A stretch of DNA of 57,876 nt from a bacterium. GTDB lineage: Bacteria > RUG730. The notes beneath the pieces were generated by a model. That model was not told the origin of the DNA. It saw only the letters and a list, made by a program, of their open reading frames with translations, and made no database searches. The stretch spans positions 1 through 57,876 of the forward strand of contig JAVBNQ010000008.1 in assembly GCA_031551405.1 (NCBI GenBank), written 5' to 3'. Made by a program: the position numbers and the translations under genes. This document shows, piece by piece, positions 25,733 through 36,143 of the stretch (within the stretch, counting starts at the first letter, position 1; each line of letters starts with the position of its first letter).

Positions 25733-26497
25733 TTAATTCCCCGAATGCTTTTTTGATTTATCGCCTAAATCTATCTTTATTTTACTTATCTCATCGACTG
25801 AAACTGTTCCTTTGACTATTGTAAGTTCCAAGACATGCCCACCCTTTGTTTTGTCATCTGAAATAAAATGCAGGTGATACCCCGGTACGTTCACCCCCCC
25901 TATGCAATCAGGAGACCAAAACCCCACTATAGTTCCTTTTATGTCGCTGTATTCAAATATTGCTTGATTTTTAGTTACATCTGAAAAAAGAGGATAAGGT
26001 TTTTCTTGCTTACTGACGCTTCTTGCTTTTAAATATTTAAAAACTCCTTCGATTTTGATAGCATAAAAAGAATTTTCACTTAAAATCAGCTTATCTAATT
26101 CTTTGGTTAGGCTCTCTAAATTTTCGACATCACTTATGTCTAAATTCAAATCTCTATCAAAAAAAGTTACGGCATAGAATGGTAACTCGAGAGTATCCGC
26201 AGGGATTTCAACTTGTCCCGTAGATTTAACCTGGTATATTTCACCATCTAACATTATCATCTCTCCATCTAATCCAGCAAAAGTCCCAAGTCCTGTATCG
26301 CCTTTCGTTTTTATAGAACTGATTACCTCGAGTCCATCGTAATTTCCTGTCATGAGAAAATTAATTGTTGAGCCCTGACTTATCAATTCTCGGTCAGGCG
26401 TCGGCAGTGTAATGCCTGCATTTCGTTTCACGCAACCTGAATTTAACATTAAACACAAAAAACTTACAAAAAACAAAGTACTACTTTTCTGAATCAT
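25733..26497 (-). CDS. budA: Alpha-acetolactate decarboxylase with a lipoprotein signal
   Basis: GDTGLGTF.GLDGEMI, ARSV, GTIVGFWSP and GYHLHFIS...GGHVL motifs; N-terminal LNSG-C lipobox. Confidence 0.9.
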   Translation of the reverse strand: MIQKSSTLFFVSFLCLMLNSGCVKRNAGITLPTPDRELISQGSTINFLMTGNYDGLEVISSIKTKGDTGLGTFAGLDGEMIMLDGEIYQVKSTGQVEIPADTLELPFYAVTFFDRDLNLDISDVENLESLTKELDKLILSENSFYAIKIEGVFKYLKARSVSKQEKPYPLFSDVTKNQAIFEYSDIKGTIVGFWSPDCIGGVNVPGYHLHFISDDKTKGGHVLELTIVKGTVSVDEISKIKIDLGDKSKKHSGN

Positions 26498-26618
26498 AAA
26501 TGGACTCCTTTCAAACTTAAATATTCTTATTTATCTTTAAATTTTTTTAAAACATTTGGCAAGTAAAATTTCTATTACAAGGAAAAAAGCAATCTGAAAA
26601 AAATGATAATTATCTCAT

Positions 26619-27440
26619 CTAAAATCCAAATTTCACACAAAAAAAATGCTGGTTGCCAAGGTCGAAATGATAGTTATAAGCATACTCGAGAAAATTATTT
26701 ATTCCAAAACCGACTGCCAAAATTTCGCTGTCCGTTCTATAACCGCATCGCATACTTAGCCGTTCCAAATAAGTTGCCTCAACACCTGTTTTGTACGCGA
26801 CTTCATAGCCCTCTTGTTTTGAACATTCGAACATAAATTTCACGCTTTTTGTTATGAGATAGCTGTAGCCAACATTTATTTCTCTTGCTATCGGCTCCTT
26901 TACGAATTTTCCAATTTTTGGAGAATTAAAATTCGAATACGAAAATCCGAGCTCACTTTTTTCATCACATACAAATCTTGCTCCAAAATCCAAAGCATCC
27001 AGCCTAGTCGTAAAACCCATTGCACCTAAATCTAAAACCAAATTTTTGTAAGCTAGCGCAAGGAAAACATTCTTGTAAAGCTCGACATTATAAGCCAGAG
27101 CATAAGTCTCTTCTTTGTAGAAATTAGTTTCGCCAAACGAATTGTATCCAAAACCGATTTTCCCGATATAAAACGGCAGGACAAATGCAATTGCACTAAG
27201 CCCAAGCTCATCTATTTCATAAAATTTTGTATAAAAAGTATTGATTTCGTAATTTTTTTTCGTTTCAATTCCTGCAGGATTATAAAAAACCGCGAGTGCT
27301 TCTCCACTTGAAACTGTTTTTATTCCGGCGAGAGATGTGCTTTTTGCGGAAATTTCTTTGTACTCAAACGCCGCGTGCAAAAAGTTTGGATAAAAAAATA
27401 ATACTGCGACTAAAAAAAATTTTTTGAGTTTTTTCATCAC
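26619..27440 (-). CDS. PorV/PorQ-like outer-membrane beta-barrel protein
   Basis: Signal peptide; SAKSTSLAG...A.AVFYNPAGI N-terminal motif, amphipathic strands, LSMRCGY and a terminal Phe. Confidence 0.65.
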   Translation of the reverse strand: MMKKLKKFFLVAVLFFYPNFLHAAFEYKEISAKSTSLAGIKTVSSGEALAVFYNPAGIETKKNYEINTFYTKFYEIDELGLSAIAFVLPFYIGKIGFGYNSFGETNFYKEETYALAYNVELYKNVFLALAYKNLVLDLGAMGFTTRLDALDFGARFVCDEKSELGFSYSNFNSPKIGKFVKEPIAREINVGYSYLITKSVKFMFECSKQEGYEVAYKTGVEATYLERLSMRCGYRTDSEILAVGFGINNFLEYAYNYHFDLGNQHFFCVKFGF

Positions 27441-28981
27441 AACGCTTTTCCCAGTACAACTGCTTTTTTACCTTTTTTCAAAATCCCGGAATTTCTATCG
27501 CTAAACTCAAAATAAATTATATAAATTCCAACAGGTAAAATGCTACCACTTTCATTTTTTCCGTCCCATTCGATGAGACTCACGGATTCTTCTGCAGTCT
27601 CAAGTAATTTTTTTACGATATGCTGATTTATGTCGTAGATTTTTATAATCAGAGTAGAATTATTTCGGTTTTTGTATTTTATTCCAATAGTGTTGTATTT
27701 GTAATCGCCAAATGGTGAAAAATGTTTGTTTAAAATTTCAAGGCCAACATCTTGATTAAAATCGTCGAGAACAACTAATTTTGCTTTTCCTTTTGTAGGT
27801 TTTGCGATCTCCCAATCGTTTTTCGAATTTGAATCTATAGGTCTTTGATTTTGCGAATATTTTCGCGAGATAGAACTAGCGTGCGTCGGAGTCCAAATTA
27901 CACATTCGTCTTCAGTAGAATTAGTTCCGTCCCAAGCGCCAAAACTTTGCAAATTTTCAAGCAGAGTTTTGTTGGTACTTGCAAAAGTTCCGTCGTTATT
28001 TGCATAACAAAGCGCGTCCAAAAGTTTTCCAGCCTCATCAAAAATTCTGATGACATTATCAGTCGCAGTGATTCCGCTATCCTGAGTAAAAAATTCAAAA
28101 TAATTTTTCGTACCTTTTGTTGTCTCGTCAGTTCCAAATTTATCAAAATTCAAGACGAAATAATCTCCCTCGCTCACCATCACGTCTTCCAAAGTTTTGA
28201 CCAAAGTATTTCCCTCAAAAATAGTAAAATTTTTGAGACTGCCGGCTCCACTCATGACATAAAATTCCAGCCAATCGTTGTCGCTATTTTCAGGCATAAT
28301 CTCATTGATCAAAATGTTCAAATTGGATTGTGGCTTCGGAGGAATAAAATTCGAAAAACCTTTTGTTGGCGAAACAGTTTCCCAGTCGCTATCAGAATTT
28401 GTTTCGAGAGGAAGGTCTGGTTGTAAAAATTTTCTCGCGATGGATTTCCCGGAAGGTTGTGACCAGATAAAACATTCTGTTTCTAGCTTGTTTTGTCCAC
28501 TCCATTCTAGAGCAGTTTGCAGATTGTTGAGCAAAGTTTGGTTTGCAGTTGTAAATGTTCCATCGTTATTGCTAAAACAAAGCGCGTCTAAAATATTCCC
28601 CGCATCATCAATAATCCTTATTATATTATCCGTCGCAGTCAATCCGGAATTTGTTGTAAAAAAATCAAAAAAATTTTGTGGATTTTTAGAGGTTTCGTCA
28701 GATAAGTTTTTGTTAAAATTAAGCACAAAATAATCGCCAGTCTTTACCGTTACATCTCCAAAAGTTTTGACGACTGTATTTCCGGCATAAACTTTGAAAT
28801 TTTTTAAACTGCCAATTCCTGCCGTCACCAAGAATTCAATCCAATCGCTCGATGAGTCAGTTGGCATAACCTCTGTAATCAAAATTTTCAAATTTGTTTG
28901 GGATAATAAAAAAGTGGGATGGATGGTAGAAAAAATAAAAAAAATTGAACAAAATAGAGAAATTTTCCGAATCAATTTCAT
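27437..28981 (-). CDS. Secreted protein with two lamin-tail-like domains and a C-terminal FlgD-Ig/T9SS CTD-like domain
   Basis: Duplicated ILITEVMP..DWIEF and ILINEIMP..DWLEF units. C-terminus reads FSPFGD..IKIYDINQHIVKKL..WDGKNESGSILPVGIYII. Confidence 0.8.
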   Translation of the reverse strand: MKLIRKISLFCSIFFIFSTIHPTFLLSQTNLKILITEVMPTDSSSDWIEFLVTAGIGSLKNFKVYAGNTVVKTFGDVTVKTGDYFVLNFNKNLSDETSKNPQNFFDFFTTNSGLTATDNIIRIIDDAGNILDALCFSNNDGTFTTANQTLLNNLQTALEWSGQNKLETECFIWSQPSGKSIARKFLQPDLPLETNSDSDWETVSPTKGFSNFIPPKPQSNLNILINEIMPENSDNDWLEFYVMSGAGSLKNFTIFEGNTLVKTLEDVMVSEGDYFVLNFDKFGTDETTKGTKNYFEFFTQDSGITATDNVIRIFDEAGKLLDALCYANNDGTFASTNKTLLENLQSFGAWDGTNSTEDECVIWTPTHASSISRKYSQNQRPIDSNSKNDWEIAKPTKGKAKLVVLDDFNQDVGLEILNKHFSPFGDYKYNTIGIKYKNRNNSTLIIKIYDINQHIVKKLLETAEESVSLIEWDGKNESGSILPVGIYIIYFEFSDRNSGILKKGKKAVVLGKAL

Positions 28982-29778
28982 TTAACATCGTTTTTTATCA
29001 TAAAGTCTCGTGGCGGCAATTTTAGTGCGAAAAACCCGATTATTCCAGCGATCAGCGCTCCAAGATAATACCATTGCGACTGAAAATTCCAAAAATACGC
29101 CATCATTCCTGTCGAGAACATTGATAAAACAAAAATCATAATCGCAATACCCTCGAGAAAATATTTTTTTGGCAAATTATTATAAAGACCATTTTTTGGA
29201 TAAGTCACTGCTTTGAAAATCGCGACCATACTCGCAAAAATAAAAATCAAAACCGGGGAGATAATTCGTATCAAAAATAAAATTGGCAAATATTTATTAT
29301 TTTTGCCAAACCAATTGCCGTCAAAAGCTTTGATATTTACTCCAAATAATTTAGTTTCGAATATAAAATGTATCCCATTTATACTCTTAAAATTAAAGTA
29401 TACATAAATAAATCCTAAAAGCAAGCAAAAAATAAATGAAAAGGCTGCCATATTTTTAATCTTACGAGAATCATAAAAAACGTGCGTCAATATTCCAACG
29501 AGCAAGAATGGGGAAAGGATACTTATCATCAAAAATTCTCTTACTTGACTTACGATGAGCGTTATCGTTTCATTGCCGGATAAAATTTGAAATGGCCTAC
29601 CGAGCAAAAATATTGCAAAAACTAAAAAAATCCAAAATGCCGTTTGATAAGTTTTTTCTCCGAGAATAAAAAAACGCAAGGGTTTTATTTTTTTAGTGTA
29701 GAGTGCTAATACGAAATAAATTAACGAGACGAAGATTGGAACGATTATATTGTAAAAAAAGACTAATGTATCTTTCAT
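28978..29778 (-). CDS. Polytopic membrane protein, function unknown
   Basis: About seven hydrophobic segments; coupled to neighbouring genes in the operon. Confidence 0.7.
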   Translation of the reverse strand: MKDTLVFFYNIIVPIFVSLIYFVLALYTKKIKPLRFFILGEKTYQTAFWIFLVFAIFLLGRPFQILSGNETITLIVSQVREFLMISILSPFLLVGILTHVFYDSRKIKNMAAFSFIFCLLLGFIYVYFNFKSINGIHFIFETKLFGVNIKAFDGNWFGKNNKYLPILFLIRIISPVLIFIFASMVAIFKAVTYPKNGLYNNLPKKYFLEGIAIMIFVLSMFSTGMMAYFWNFQSQWYYLGALIAGIIGFFALKLPPRDFMIKNDVK

Positions 29779-29780
29779 TT

Positions 29781-30611
29781 TTAGTCCTGTTTATTTAGGT
29801 TTGCGAAAAATTTAAATGGCACGAAAAAAAGATAAAAGACAAAGATGAAAACGCCTGAAAAAAACGAAAAATTCAAGAGATTAGAAAATATAAAAGTTAC
29901 AATTACATACACAAAACCAATTGGAACCAGGCTATTAAATAATTTTTTGTAGTCTAGTTTTTGATTTTTTTTATTTAAAATTTTGCAAATTATAAAACTA
30001 AAGGCGAATAAAAAAACGATAAACCACGAGAAATAAGACAAAAATATTGTAAGAATCAAAACAGACATTATGAAGAATACAATTCGTTTGAAAATGCCAA
30101 TTACTTGATTAAAAGTAACTTTATTCCTAAATTCTCCATTAGCAAAAACTAAAAATTCCAGCTCTTTTATCTCGATTCTAAGTGAATCAAAAGTTAAATT
30201 ATTAAAATTAAGTTTTGTGATATCGAAATTGTTGATTTTTGAGATCGCGGTTAAAAAAAAATTTTTATGGTTCATGCAAAAATATTTATTCTGAAAATCC
30301 TCACGACTAAAATTCTCTCTGTTAAAATCAAACGTAAAATATTTATGTGAGAAAGTATCAACCGGCTCATTTTTGTCGTCGTATATGTACATTCCATCGT
30401 TATTTTTAAACTCAATGATTTTTGGCAAAGACTGGCAAAAATTTGTGAAACTTACGATATCTGTCAACGGCTTGAAAAAACGATAAATTTTCATTCCATT
30501 TAAAAGCGCGAGGAGAAAACAAATGATGAGAAGCTGCAAAAGCGCTTTTTTAAAAGTCCAGTTTTTGTAAGCGGAAATATAAAAATTTTTATCGTAGAAA
30601 ATGTTTAACAT
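29781..30611 (-). CDS. Membrane protein, function unknown
   Basis: One N-terminal and several C-terminal TM segments around a soluble loop; GAGGG RBS. Confidence 0.7.
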   Translation of the reverse strand: MLNIFYDKNFYISAYKNWTFKKALLQLLIICFLLALLNGMKIYRFFKPLTDIVSFTNFCQSLPKIIEFKNNDGMYIYDDKNEPVDTFSHKYFTFDFNRENFSREDFQNKYFCMNHKNFFLTAISKINNFDITKLNFNNLTFDSLRIEIKELEFLVFANGEFRNKVTFNQVIGIFKRIVFFIMSVLILTIFLSYFSWFIVFLFAFSFIICKILNKKNQKLDYKKLFNSLVPIGFVYVIVTFIFSNLLNFSFFSGVFIFVFYLFFVPFKFFANLNKQD

Positions 30612-30774
30612 TTTTCCCTCGTTCTCATTTTTTATGTTTGATTTAATTTGAAATAAAAAAACGAAAATATATTTTTCTGAAATTTTTCACTTTCCTTCAT
30701 GATGGGATTTTGAAAGAATTGGTTTAGGCATGAAGATGGGAAATAGTATGAAAAAACTCAAAATTATTTACTTT

Positions 30775-31806
30775 TTACAAATTACAAAAATATTCTATGG
30801 TTTTTATGGCTAGCGAAACAACACTATTTACGTCGTTAATATCGAAAACGCTTACAGGCGAATGAATGTATCTAGTCGCAATACTTAAAACTGCCGTCGG
30901 TATTCCCGACCTATTCATATAAATCATCGCGCCATCTGTCATCCCCCCATCAAAAATCGACATTTGGTATTTAATTTTATTTTTTTGAGCAAGTTTTACG
31001 ATTTCATCACGAATCTTTTTTTGGACGATTAGCCCTCGACCTGAAGCTTCAATCGCAGTAATTACCGCGCCGCCGCCAAGTTTAAGACTTGACTCGAGCT
31101 CAGTAATAAGCGGAGTATCTCCGGCTACCGTCGTATCCAATGCAATCGCAAAATCAGGATTTATCTCAAATGATGATGTTTTCGCACCTTTCAACCCGAC
31201 CTCTTCCTGGCAAGTTCCGACAGCGAAAATTTCAGCGTCTACATTTATTTTTTCCATAATTTTTAAAAGTGCATAGCAGCCCAGTCTATCGTCAACAGCT
31301 TTTCCATAAAACAAATTTTTATTAAATTTCCCGGCCTCGCTTTTGAAAACGATCTGATCCCCAATTCCAATTATTTTTTCTGCTTCTTCTCGTGATTTAG
31401 CTCCGATATCAATAAACATTGTGTCATACTTAATAATCTTCGAACGTTCTTCATCCTTTTGCAAATGCGGCGCTTTTGTTCCAATAATCCCAAAAACTTC
31501 GCCTTTTTTTCCATGGATAAGAACGCGTTCTCCTGGCAAAATTCGATCGTCTATACCGCCAATCTTTACGAAATAAACGAATCCGTCTTTTGAAATATGT
31601 CGTACCGCCAAGCCGATTTCGTCCATGTGAGCAGCAATCATTATTTTTTTCTTGCCTTTCCCTTTTTTCGCAATCACGTTCCCAAAATTATCAACTCTGA
31701 CTTTGTCACAACTTTTTGAAAGTTCTTTTACTAAAATATTTGCAACACTGTCTTCAAATCCGGAAATTCCGGCTGTTTCTAATAAATTTTTTAATAATGC
31801 GTCCAT
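30775..31806 (-). CDS. M42-family (TET/FrvX-like) aminopeptidase
   Basis: GISGFE, AAHMDEIG, IGGID, KAVDDRLG, QEEVGLKGA, ALDTT, TDG and RYIHSP motifs. Confidence 0.93.
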   Translation of the reverse strand: MDALLKNLLETAGISGFEDSVANILVKELSKSCDKVRVDNFGNVIAKKGKGKKKIMIAAHMDEIGLAVRHISKDGFVYFVKIGGIDDRILPGERVLIHGKKGEVFGIIGTKAPHLQKDEERSKIIKYDTMFIDIGAKSREEAEKIIGIGDQIVFKSEAGKFNKNLFYGKAVDDRLGCYALLKIMEKINVDAEIFAVGTCQEEVGLKGAKTSSFEINPDFAIALDTTVAGDTPLITELESSLKLGGGAVITAIEASGRGLIVQKKIRDEIVKLAQKNKIKYQMSIFDGGMTDGAMIYMNRSGIPTAVLSIATRYIHSPVSVFDINDVNSVVSLAIKTIEYFCNL

Positions 31807-31854
31807 TTTTCCCCTCGAAATAAAATTGCCGTTTTGAAAAAAATTTCCCTAGCG

Positions 31855-33018
31855 TTATTTTTTTCCCATTCCAACTTTTTGCGTTTTTTGCAATAATTTT
31901 CCTTCAGATTTTATCGATGGCGCTATCACCATTTCAACCATCTGCATTTCTTTTATGTTTTTGGCTCCGAGATTTCCCATGCTCGTCTTCAAAGCTCCAA
32001 CTAGATTCTGAGATCCATCGTCTCGATTCGCTGGCCCTCTCAAAATCTGCTCAAGCGTTGCGTTTACTCCAACATTTACTCTAGTTCCCCTAGGTAAATT
32101 TTTGTCCGGAGTCGCCATTCCCCAGTGGTAGCCTTTTCCCGGAGCTTCGTTCGCTCTGGCAAAAAGAGAACCCACCATAACAGCATCTGCCCCACTCGCA
32201 AAAGCTTTACAAATGTCACCACCGCTATCCATTCCTCCGTCTGTGATTATTGAAACGTATTTTCCGGTTTTTTTAAAAAAATAATCTCTCGCAGCAGAGC
32301 AATCGACAGTTGCGGTCACTTGCGGCACTCCGATCCCCAAAACTCCACGAGTCGTACAAGCTGCTCCAGGTCCAACTCCAACCAAAATTCCGTTAGCTCC
32401 GATCTCCATGAGCTCCAAAGCCGCATCATAGCTCACACAGTTTCCGATGATAATCGGCATATTCAAAGTCTCGATAATTTTTTTGAAATCAACTGTCTCA
32501 TATTGCGTCGCATAATGTTTCACGGTCACAACTGTAGCTTGAATTACGAGTATGTCTGCTCCGGCTTTTTTTGCAATTTTCCCATACTCCTCGGCTTTTC
32601 GAGGGATAACGGATACTGCTGCCAAAACATTTGCCTTTTTTATCTCTTTTATCCTTTTCTCAATTAATTCAGGTTTGACCGGCTCACGATAGATTTGTTG
32701 CAATATTTCCGTTGCGTCTTCCGGAGTTGCGTTTATGAAATCGTTTATAATTTTTTCAGGATTCTCGTATCTAGTTTGAACGCCGTCGAGATTTAAAACT
32801 GCTATCCCACCGATTTTTCCCATTTCAATAGCGAATTTTACGTCAACAACTCCGTCCATCGCAGCTGCTAAAATCGGAACCTTGATTTTGTGATCGCAAA
32901 TAGTCCAAGTCGTATCAACTTCTTCGGGATTCACAGTCAAAGCTCCTGGCGCCAAAGCAATTTCATCAAAACCATATGCTCGTCTAATTTCTTTGTCTCG
33001 TCCTACAAAAACTCCCAT
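31855..33018 (-). CDS. guaB3: GuaB3-type IMP dehydrogenase-related protein
   Basis: RRAYGFDEIALAP, AAMDGVVD, VGVGPGAACTTRGVLGIGVPQ, DGGM and HWGMATP..LPRGTR motifs; no CBS pair. Confidence 0.9.
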   Translation of the reverse strand: MGVFVGRDKEIRRAYGFDEIALAPGALTVNPEEVDTTWTICDHKIKVPILAAAMDGVVDVKFAIEMGKIGGIAVLNLDGVQTRYENPEKIINDFINATPEDATEILQQIYREPVKPELIEKRIKEIKKANVLAAVSVIPRKAEEYGKIAKKAGADILVIQATVVTVKHYATQYETVDFKKIIETLNMPIIIGNCVSYDAALELMEIGANGILVGVGPGAACTTRGVLGIGVPQVTATVDCSAARDYFFKKTGKYVSIITDGGMDSGGDICKAFASGADAVMVGSLFARANEAPGKGYHWGMATPDKNLPRGTRVNVGVNATLEQILRGPANRDDGSQNLVGALKTSMGNLGAKNIKEMQMVEMVIAPSIKSEGKLLQKTQKVGMGKK

Positions 33019-33033
33019 TTTTGCCCCCTAAAA

Positions 33034-33468
33034 TTAATGAGTTCCGGTGCTTCCAAATCCACCGGCATTCCGCGTTGTGTCATCTAAATTTTCTACTTCT
33101 TCCCACTCAATAGCTTCAAATTTTTTCAAAACTGCCTGAGCGATTCGTTCGCCTTTTGTAATAATAACATTTTCATTATTTGCATTAAAAACGATGATTC
33201 CAATCTCTCCTCTATATCCTGAGTCAATAGTTCCAGGCGTATTTAAAACCGTGATCCCTCGATTAAGAGCCATTCCGCTTCTCGGGCGAATTTGTAATTC
33301 ATAGCCTTCTGGAATCGCGACTTTAATTCCCGTCGGTAGCAGCGCTCGACCAAATGCTTGGATAGTTACGTCCTCTCCCATATTAACTAAATCCATCCCG
33401 GCATCTCCTGCGTGTTTATAACTTGGGACAATTGTCCCTGACCTTACAATTGATATTTTTACCTTCAT
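33034..33468 (-). CDS. dut: dUTP diphosphatase
   Basis: AGMDL, RPRSG, GTIDSGYRGE, ERIAQ and R.AGGFGSTG motifs. Confidence 0.97.
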   Translation of the reverse strand: MKVKISIVRSGTIVPSYKHAGDAGMDLVNMGEDVTIQAFGRALLPTGIKVAIPEGYELQIRPRSGMALNRGITVLNTPGTIDSGYRGEIGIIVFNANNENVIITKGERIAQAVLKKFEAIEWEEVENLDDTTRNAGGFGSTGTH

Positions 33469-33501
33469 AAATATTATCCTCTTTTTTTTATTAAAGCGTT
33501 T

Positions 33502-33530
33502 ATTATAATAGACTTGACCCGTGAAATCAA
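33502..33530 (-). promoter_or_regulatory. Putative sigma70 promoter of the dut-guaB3 operon
   Basis: TTGATT-17 bp-TATAAT on the minus strand. Confidence 0.6.
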
Positions 33531-33768
33531 TAATTTTTTCATTTAGAATATAAAAAAATGGGACATATTAGCATAGTTTAATGTATATTTGAAGGAATTA
33601 TTTTTGTTTGTGAGACTTTTACAAAAGGTAATTATTTTGACTTTTATAATATAAGGTATTTAATCGCAATGAGTTTGAATTTTTATTCAAAAACTCGATA
33701 TTTTTAGTTATTGCCATTTTCAAAAAATTTATAACAATCACTTTTTCTCGTCATAACTTGGAAAAATA

Positions 33769-33855
33769 TTGACAAAATAAAGTAAAGTAATTATGATTCT
33801 AAAATTTAAAAATCTAAAAAAATTTATTGAAAAGAAAAAGATACTTTAATATACT
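33769..33855 (+). promoter_or_regulatory. Two tandem putative sigma70 promoters of the rpmF-fab operon
   Basis: TTGACA-17-TATGAT (33769-33797) and TTGAAA-17-TATACT (33827-33855). Confidence 0.65.
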
Positions 33856-33900
33856 CTTATTTCTTTATGTAAATTTAATGAAAATTAAGGGGAAAAAGTT

Positions 33901-34128
33901 ATGGCTAATCCAAAAAGAAGACATTCAAGATCGAGACGAGATAAAAGACGCGCAAACTGGAAATTAGAGGAAGTCAGTATTAGTAAATGTCCGCAATGTG
34001 GAGCAGATATACTGCAGCATACCGCTTGTTCCAAGTGCGGTTTTTACGATGGGAAGACAGCTTTTATAGTTAAGACAAAAGAAAAACACTCCGAACCTCA
34101 AGTCTCAACTCCTGAAATGGAAAATTAA
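33901..34128 (+). CDS. rpmF: 50S ribosomal protein L32
   Basis: MANPKRRHSRSRRDKRR followed by a CPQCG..H..C..CGFY zinc ribbon. Confidence 0.97.
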   Translation: MANPKRRHSRSRRDKRRANWKLEEVSISKCPQCGADILQHTACSKCGFYDGKTAFIVKTKEKHSEPQVSTPEMEN

Positions 34129-34139
34129 CATTTTCAATC

Positions 34140-35138
34140 ATGATCAAAAAAAATAAAATAGCGCTTGACGTGATGAGCGGAGACAACAAACCGCAGTTAT
34201 TGATTCGTGGTGCAGTAAAGGCTGTTTTTGGGGATGATTTGGAAGTAATTTTAGTTGGAGACGAAAAACTGATTCGAAACGAATTAGCAAAATATCCATC
34301 CGAAGAAACAAAAAATATTTCTATAGTTCATGCCGATGAAATCATAGAGATGAACGAAACTCCTGCTAAGGCTTGCAAAGTAAAAACCAATGCTTCTGTT
34401 ATGGTTGCTGCGGATTTAGTAGCAAACAAAACTGCTGACGCATATGTTTCTCCCGGAAATTCTGGAGCCGCGATGGCTGCTTCGTTACTTAAACTTAAAC
34501 GTATTTCCGGAGTAAAACGGCCTGCAATTTTGGCTACTTTACCAACGCTTACCGGATACACAGCCCTAATCGATGCCGGCGCGAATGTAGACACAAAACC
34601 TGAACACTTATTGCAATTCGCACAAATGGGGTCAATTTACATTCAAAAATTATTGAAAATCAAAAATCCAAAAGTGGGACTTTTGACTATCGGCAGCGAA
34701 GAACAAAAAGGAAATGAACTCACTTTTGCAGCTTTTGAATTACTCAAAAATTCTGACTTGAATTTTATCGGAAATGTTGAAGGAAAAGATATAAATTCCG
34801 GGAAATGCGATGTGGTAGTTTGTGATGGCTTTGTTGGAAACGTAGTTTTAAAAGTATCAGAAGGTGTTGCTAGCGTAATCATTAAACTACTCAAAAAGTA
34901 TATTAAAAAAAGCTTGTTTCGTCAGATTGCCGCTATGTTTTTACTTCCTGTCTTTAACGAGCTAAAGAAAAAGATAGACGCCAAGGAATACGGCGGTGCT
35001 ATTCTTCTCGGGACAAATGGAATCACGATTATTTCTCACGGAAATTCTAACGATATTGCGATAAAAAACGCTATAAGATTCGCAGATTTTTGTGTAAAAA
35101 ATAATATTAATTTGGAAATTGAAAAAACGTTAAAATAA
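34140..35138 (+). CDS. plsX: Phosphate acyltransferase PlsX
   Basis: IALDVMSGD, SPGNSGA, RPAI, DAGAN, GNVEG, CDGFVGNVVLK and YGGA.LLG motifs; rpmF-plsX synteny. Confidence 0.96.
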   Translation: MIKKNKIALDVMSGDNKPQLLIRGAVKAVFGDDLEVILVGDEKLIRNELAKYPSEETKNISIVHADEIIEMNETPAKACKVKTNASVMVAADLVANKTADAYVSPGNSGAAMAASLLKLKRISGVKRPAILATLPTLTGYTALIDAGANVDTKPEHLLQFAQMGSIYIQKLLKIKNPKVGLLTIGSEEQKGNELTFAAFELLKNSDLNFIGNVEGKDINSGKCDVVVCDGFVGNVVLKVSEGVASVIIKLLKKYIKKSLFRQIAAMFLLPVFNELKKKIDAKEYGGAILLGTNGITIISHGNSNDIAIKNAIRFADFCVKNNINLEIEKTLK

Positions 35139-35161
35139 GTTAAGAGGTTTTCAAAAGAATT

Positions 35162-36097
35162 ATGATGAAAAATCTAGCATTTGTTTTTCCGGGACAAGGC
35201 TCGCAATACGTCGGAATGGGAAAAGATTTTTATGAAAATTTTGAATCGACAAGAACTTATTTTAATATTGCAAGCGAAACCTTGGGTTTTGATCTCGCAA
35301 AAATAATTTTCGAAGGAACCGATGAAGACCTTAAAAAAACCGAAATCGCTCAAACCGGAATTTACACTCTAAGTAATGCTATTTTTGAGATTCTTAAAAG
35401 TAAAAATATTCGTCCGTCATTTGTAGCAGGACATAGCTTAGGTGAATACACGGCGCTGACTGCTGCAAAAATTTTTGACTTTAACGTCGGTATAAAAATA
35501 GTCGCTAAACGAGGTGAGTTCATAAGAGAATCTTGCCTAAAAACCCCAGGTGGGATGATCGCAGTTCTTGGGATGGAAAATGATAAAATTGCAGCATTGA
35601 TACAAAATTTAGAAAAACAAAATGTGAAAGTTGAAATCGCAAACTACAATTGTCCGTCTCAAACTGTGATTAGCTACAAAGGCGATCAAAAAACGAAAGA
35701 AAATATCATGAATTATTTCATGCAAAACGATGGAAAAAAAATGATCGAACTGAACGTTTTTGGGCCATTTCACTCGTCTTTTATGGATTCAGCGAGCTCA
35801 GCACTCGAGAAAGAACTAAGAAACCATATTCTCAATACGCCAAATATACCTGTGGTTTTTAATTACACGGCAAAACCTGAAAGTACTCTCGACAGCGTCA
35901 AAAAAAATATCGTCCAACAAGTCAATCATTCTGTTAGATGGACTGAAAGTGTTGAGTTTATGACGCAAAATGGAATTGACACAATAATTGAGATTGGACC
36001 TGGTAAAGTCTTGTCCGGACTAAACAAAAAGATTGACAGAAATTTAAAAATTTATAATATTGAAACCATCGAAGATTTGACAAAATTAGAGTTTTAG
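35162..36097 (+). CDS. fabD: Malonyl-CoA:ACP transacylase
   Basis: FPGQGSQYVGMG, GHSLGEY, ANYN, FHS, VRW and EIGPGKVL motifs. Confidence 0.96.
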   Translation: MMKNLAFVFPGQGSQYVGMGKDFYENFESTRTYFNIASETLGFDLAKIIFEGTDEDLKKTEIAQTGIYTLSNAIFEILKSKNIRPSFVAGHSLGEYTALTAAKIFDFNVGIKIVAKRGEFIRESCLKTPGGMIAVLGMENDKIAALIQNLEKQNVKVEIANYNCPSQTVISYKGDQKTKENIMNYFMQNDGKKMIELNVFGPFHSSFMDSASSALEKELRNHILNTPNIPVVFNYTAKPESTLDSVKKNIVQQVNHSVRWTESVEFMTQNGIDTIIEIGPGKVLSGLNKKIDRNLKIYNIETIEDLTKLEF

Positions 36098-36143
36098 TTT
36101 TACTTTAAATTGAGTTTTGATTTTTAAAAGGAGAGAATTTGTC

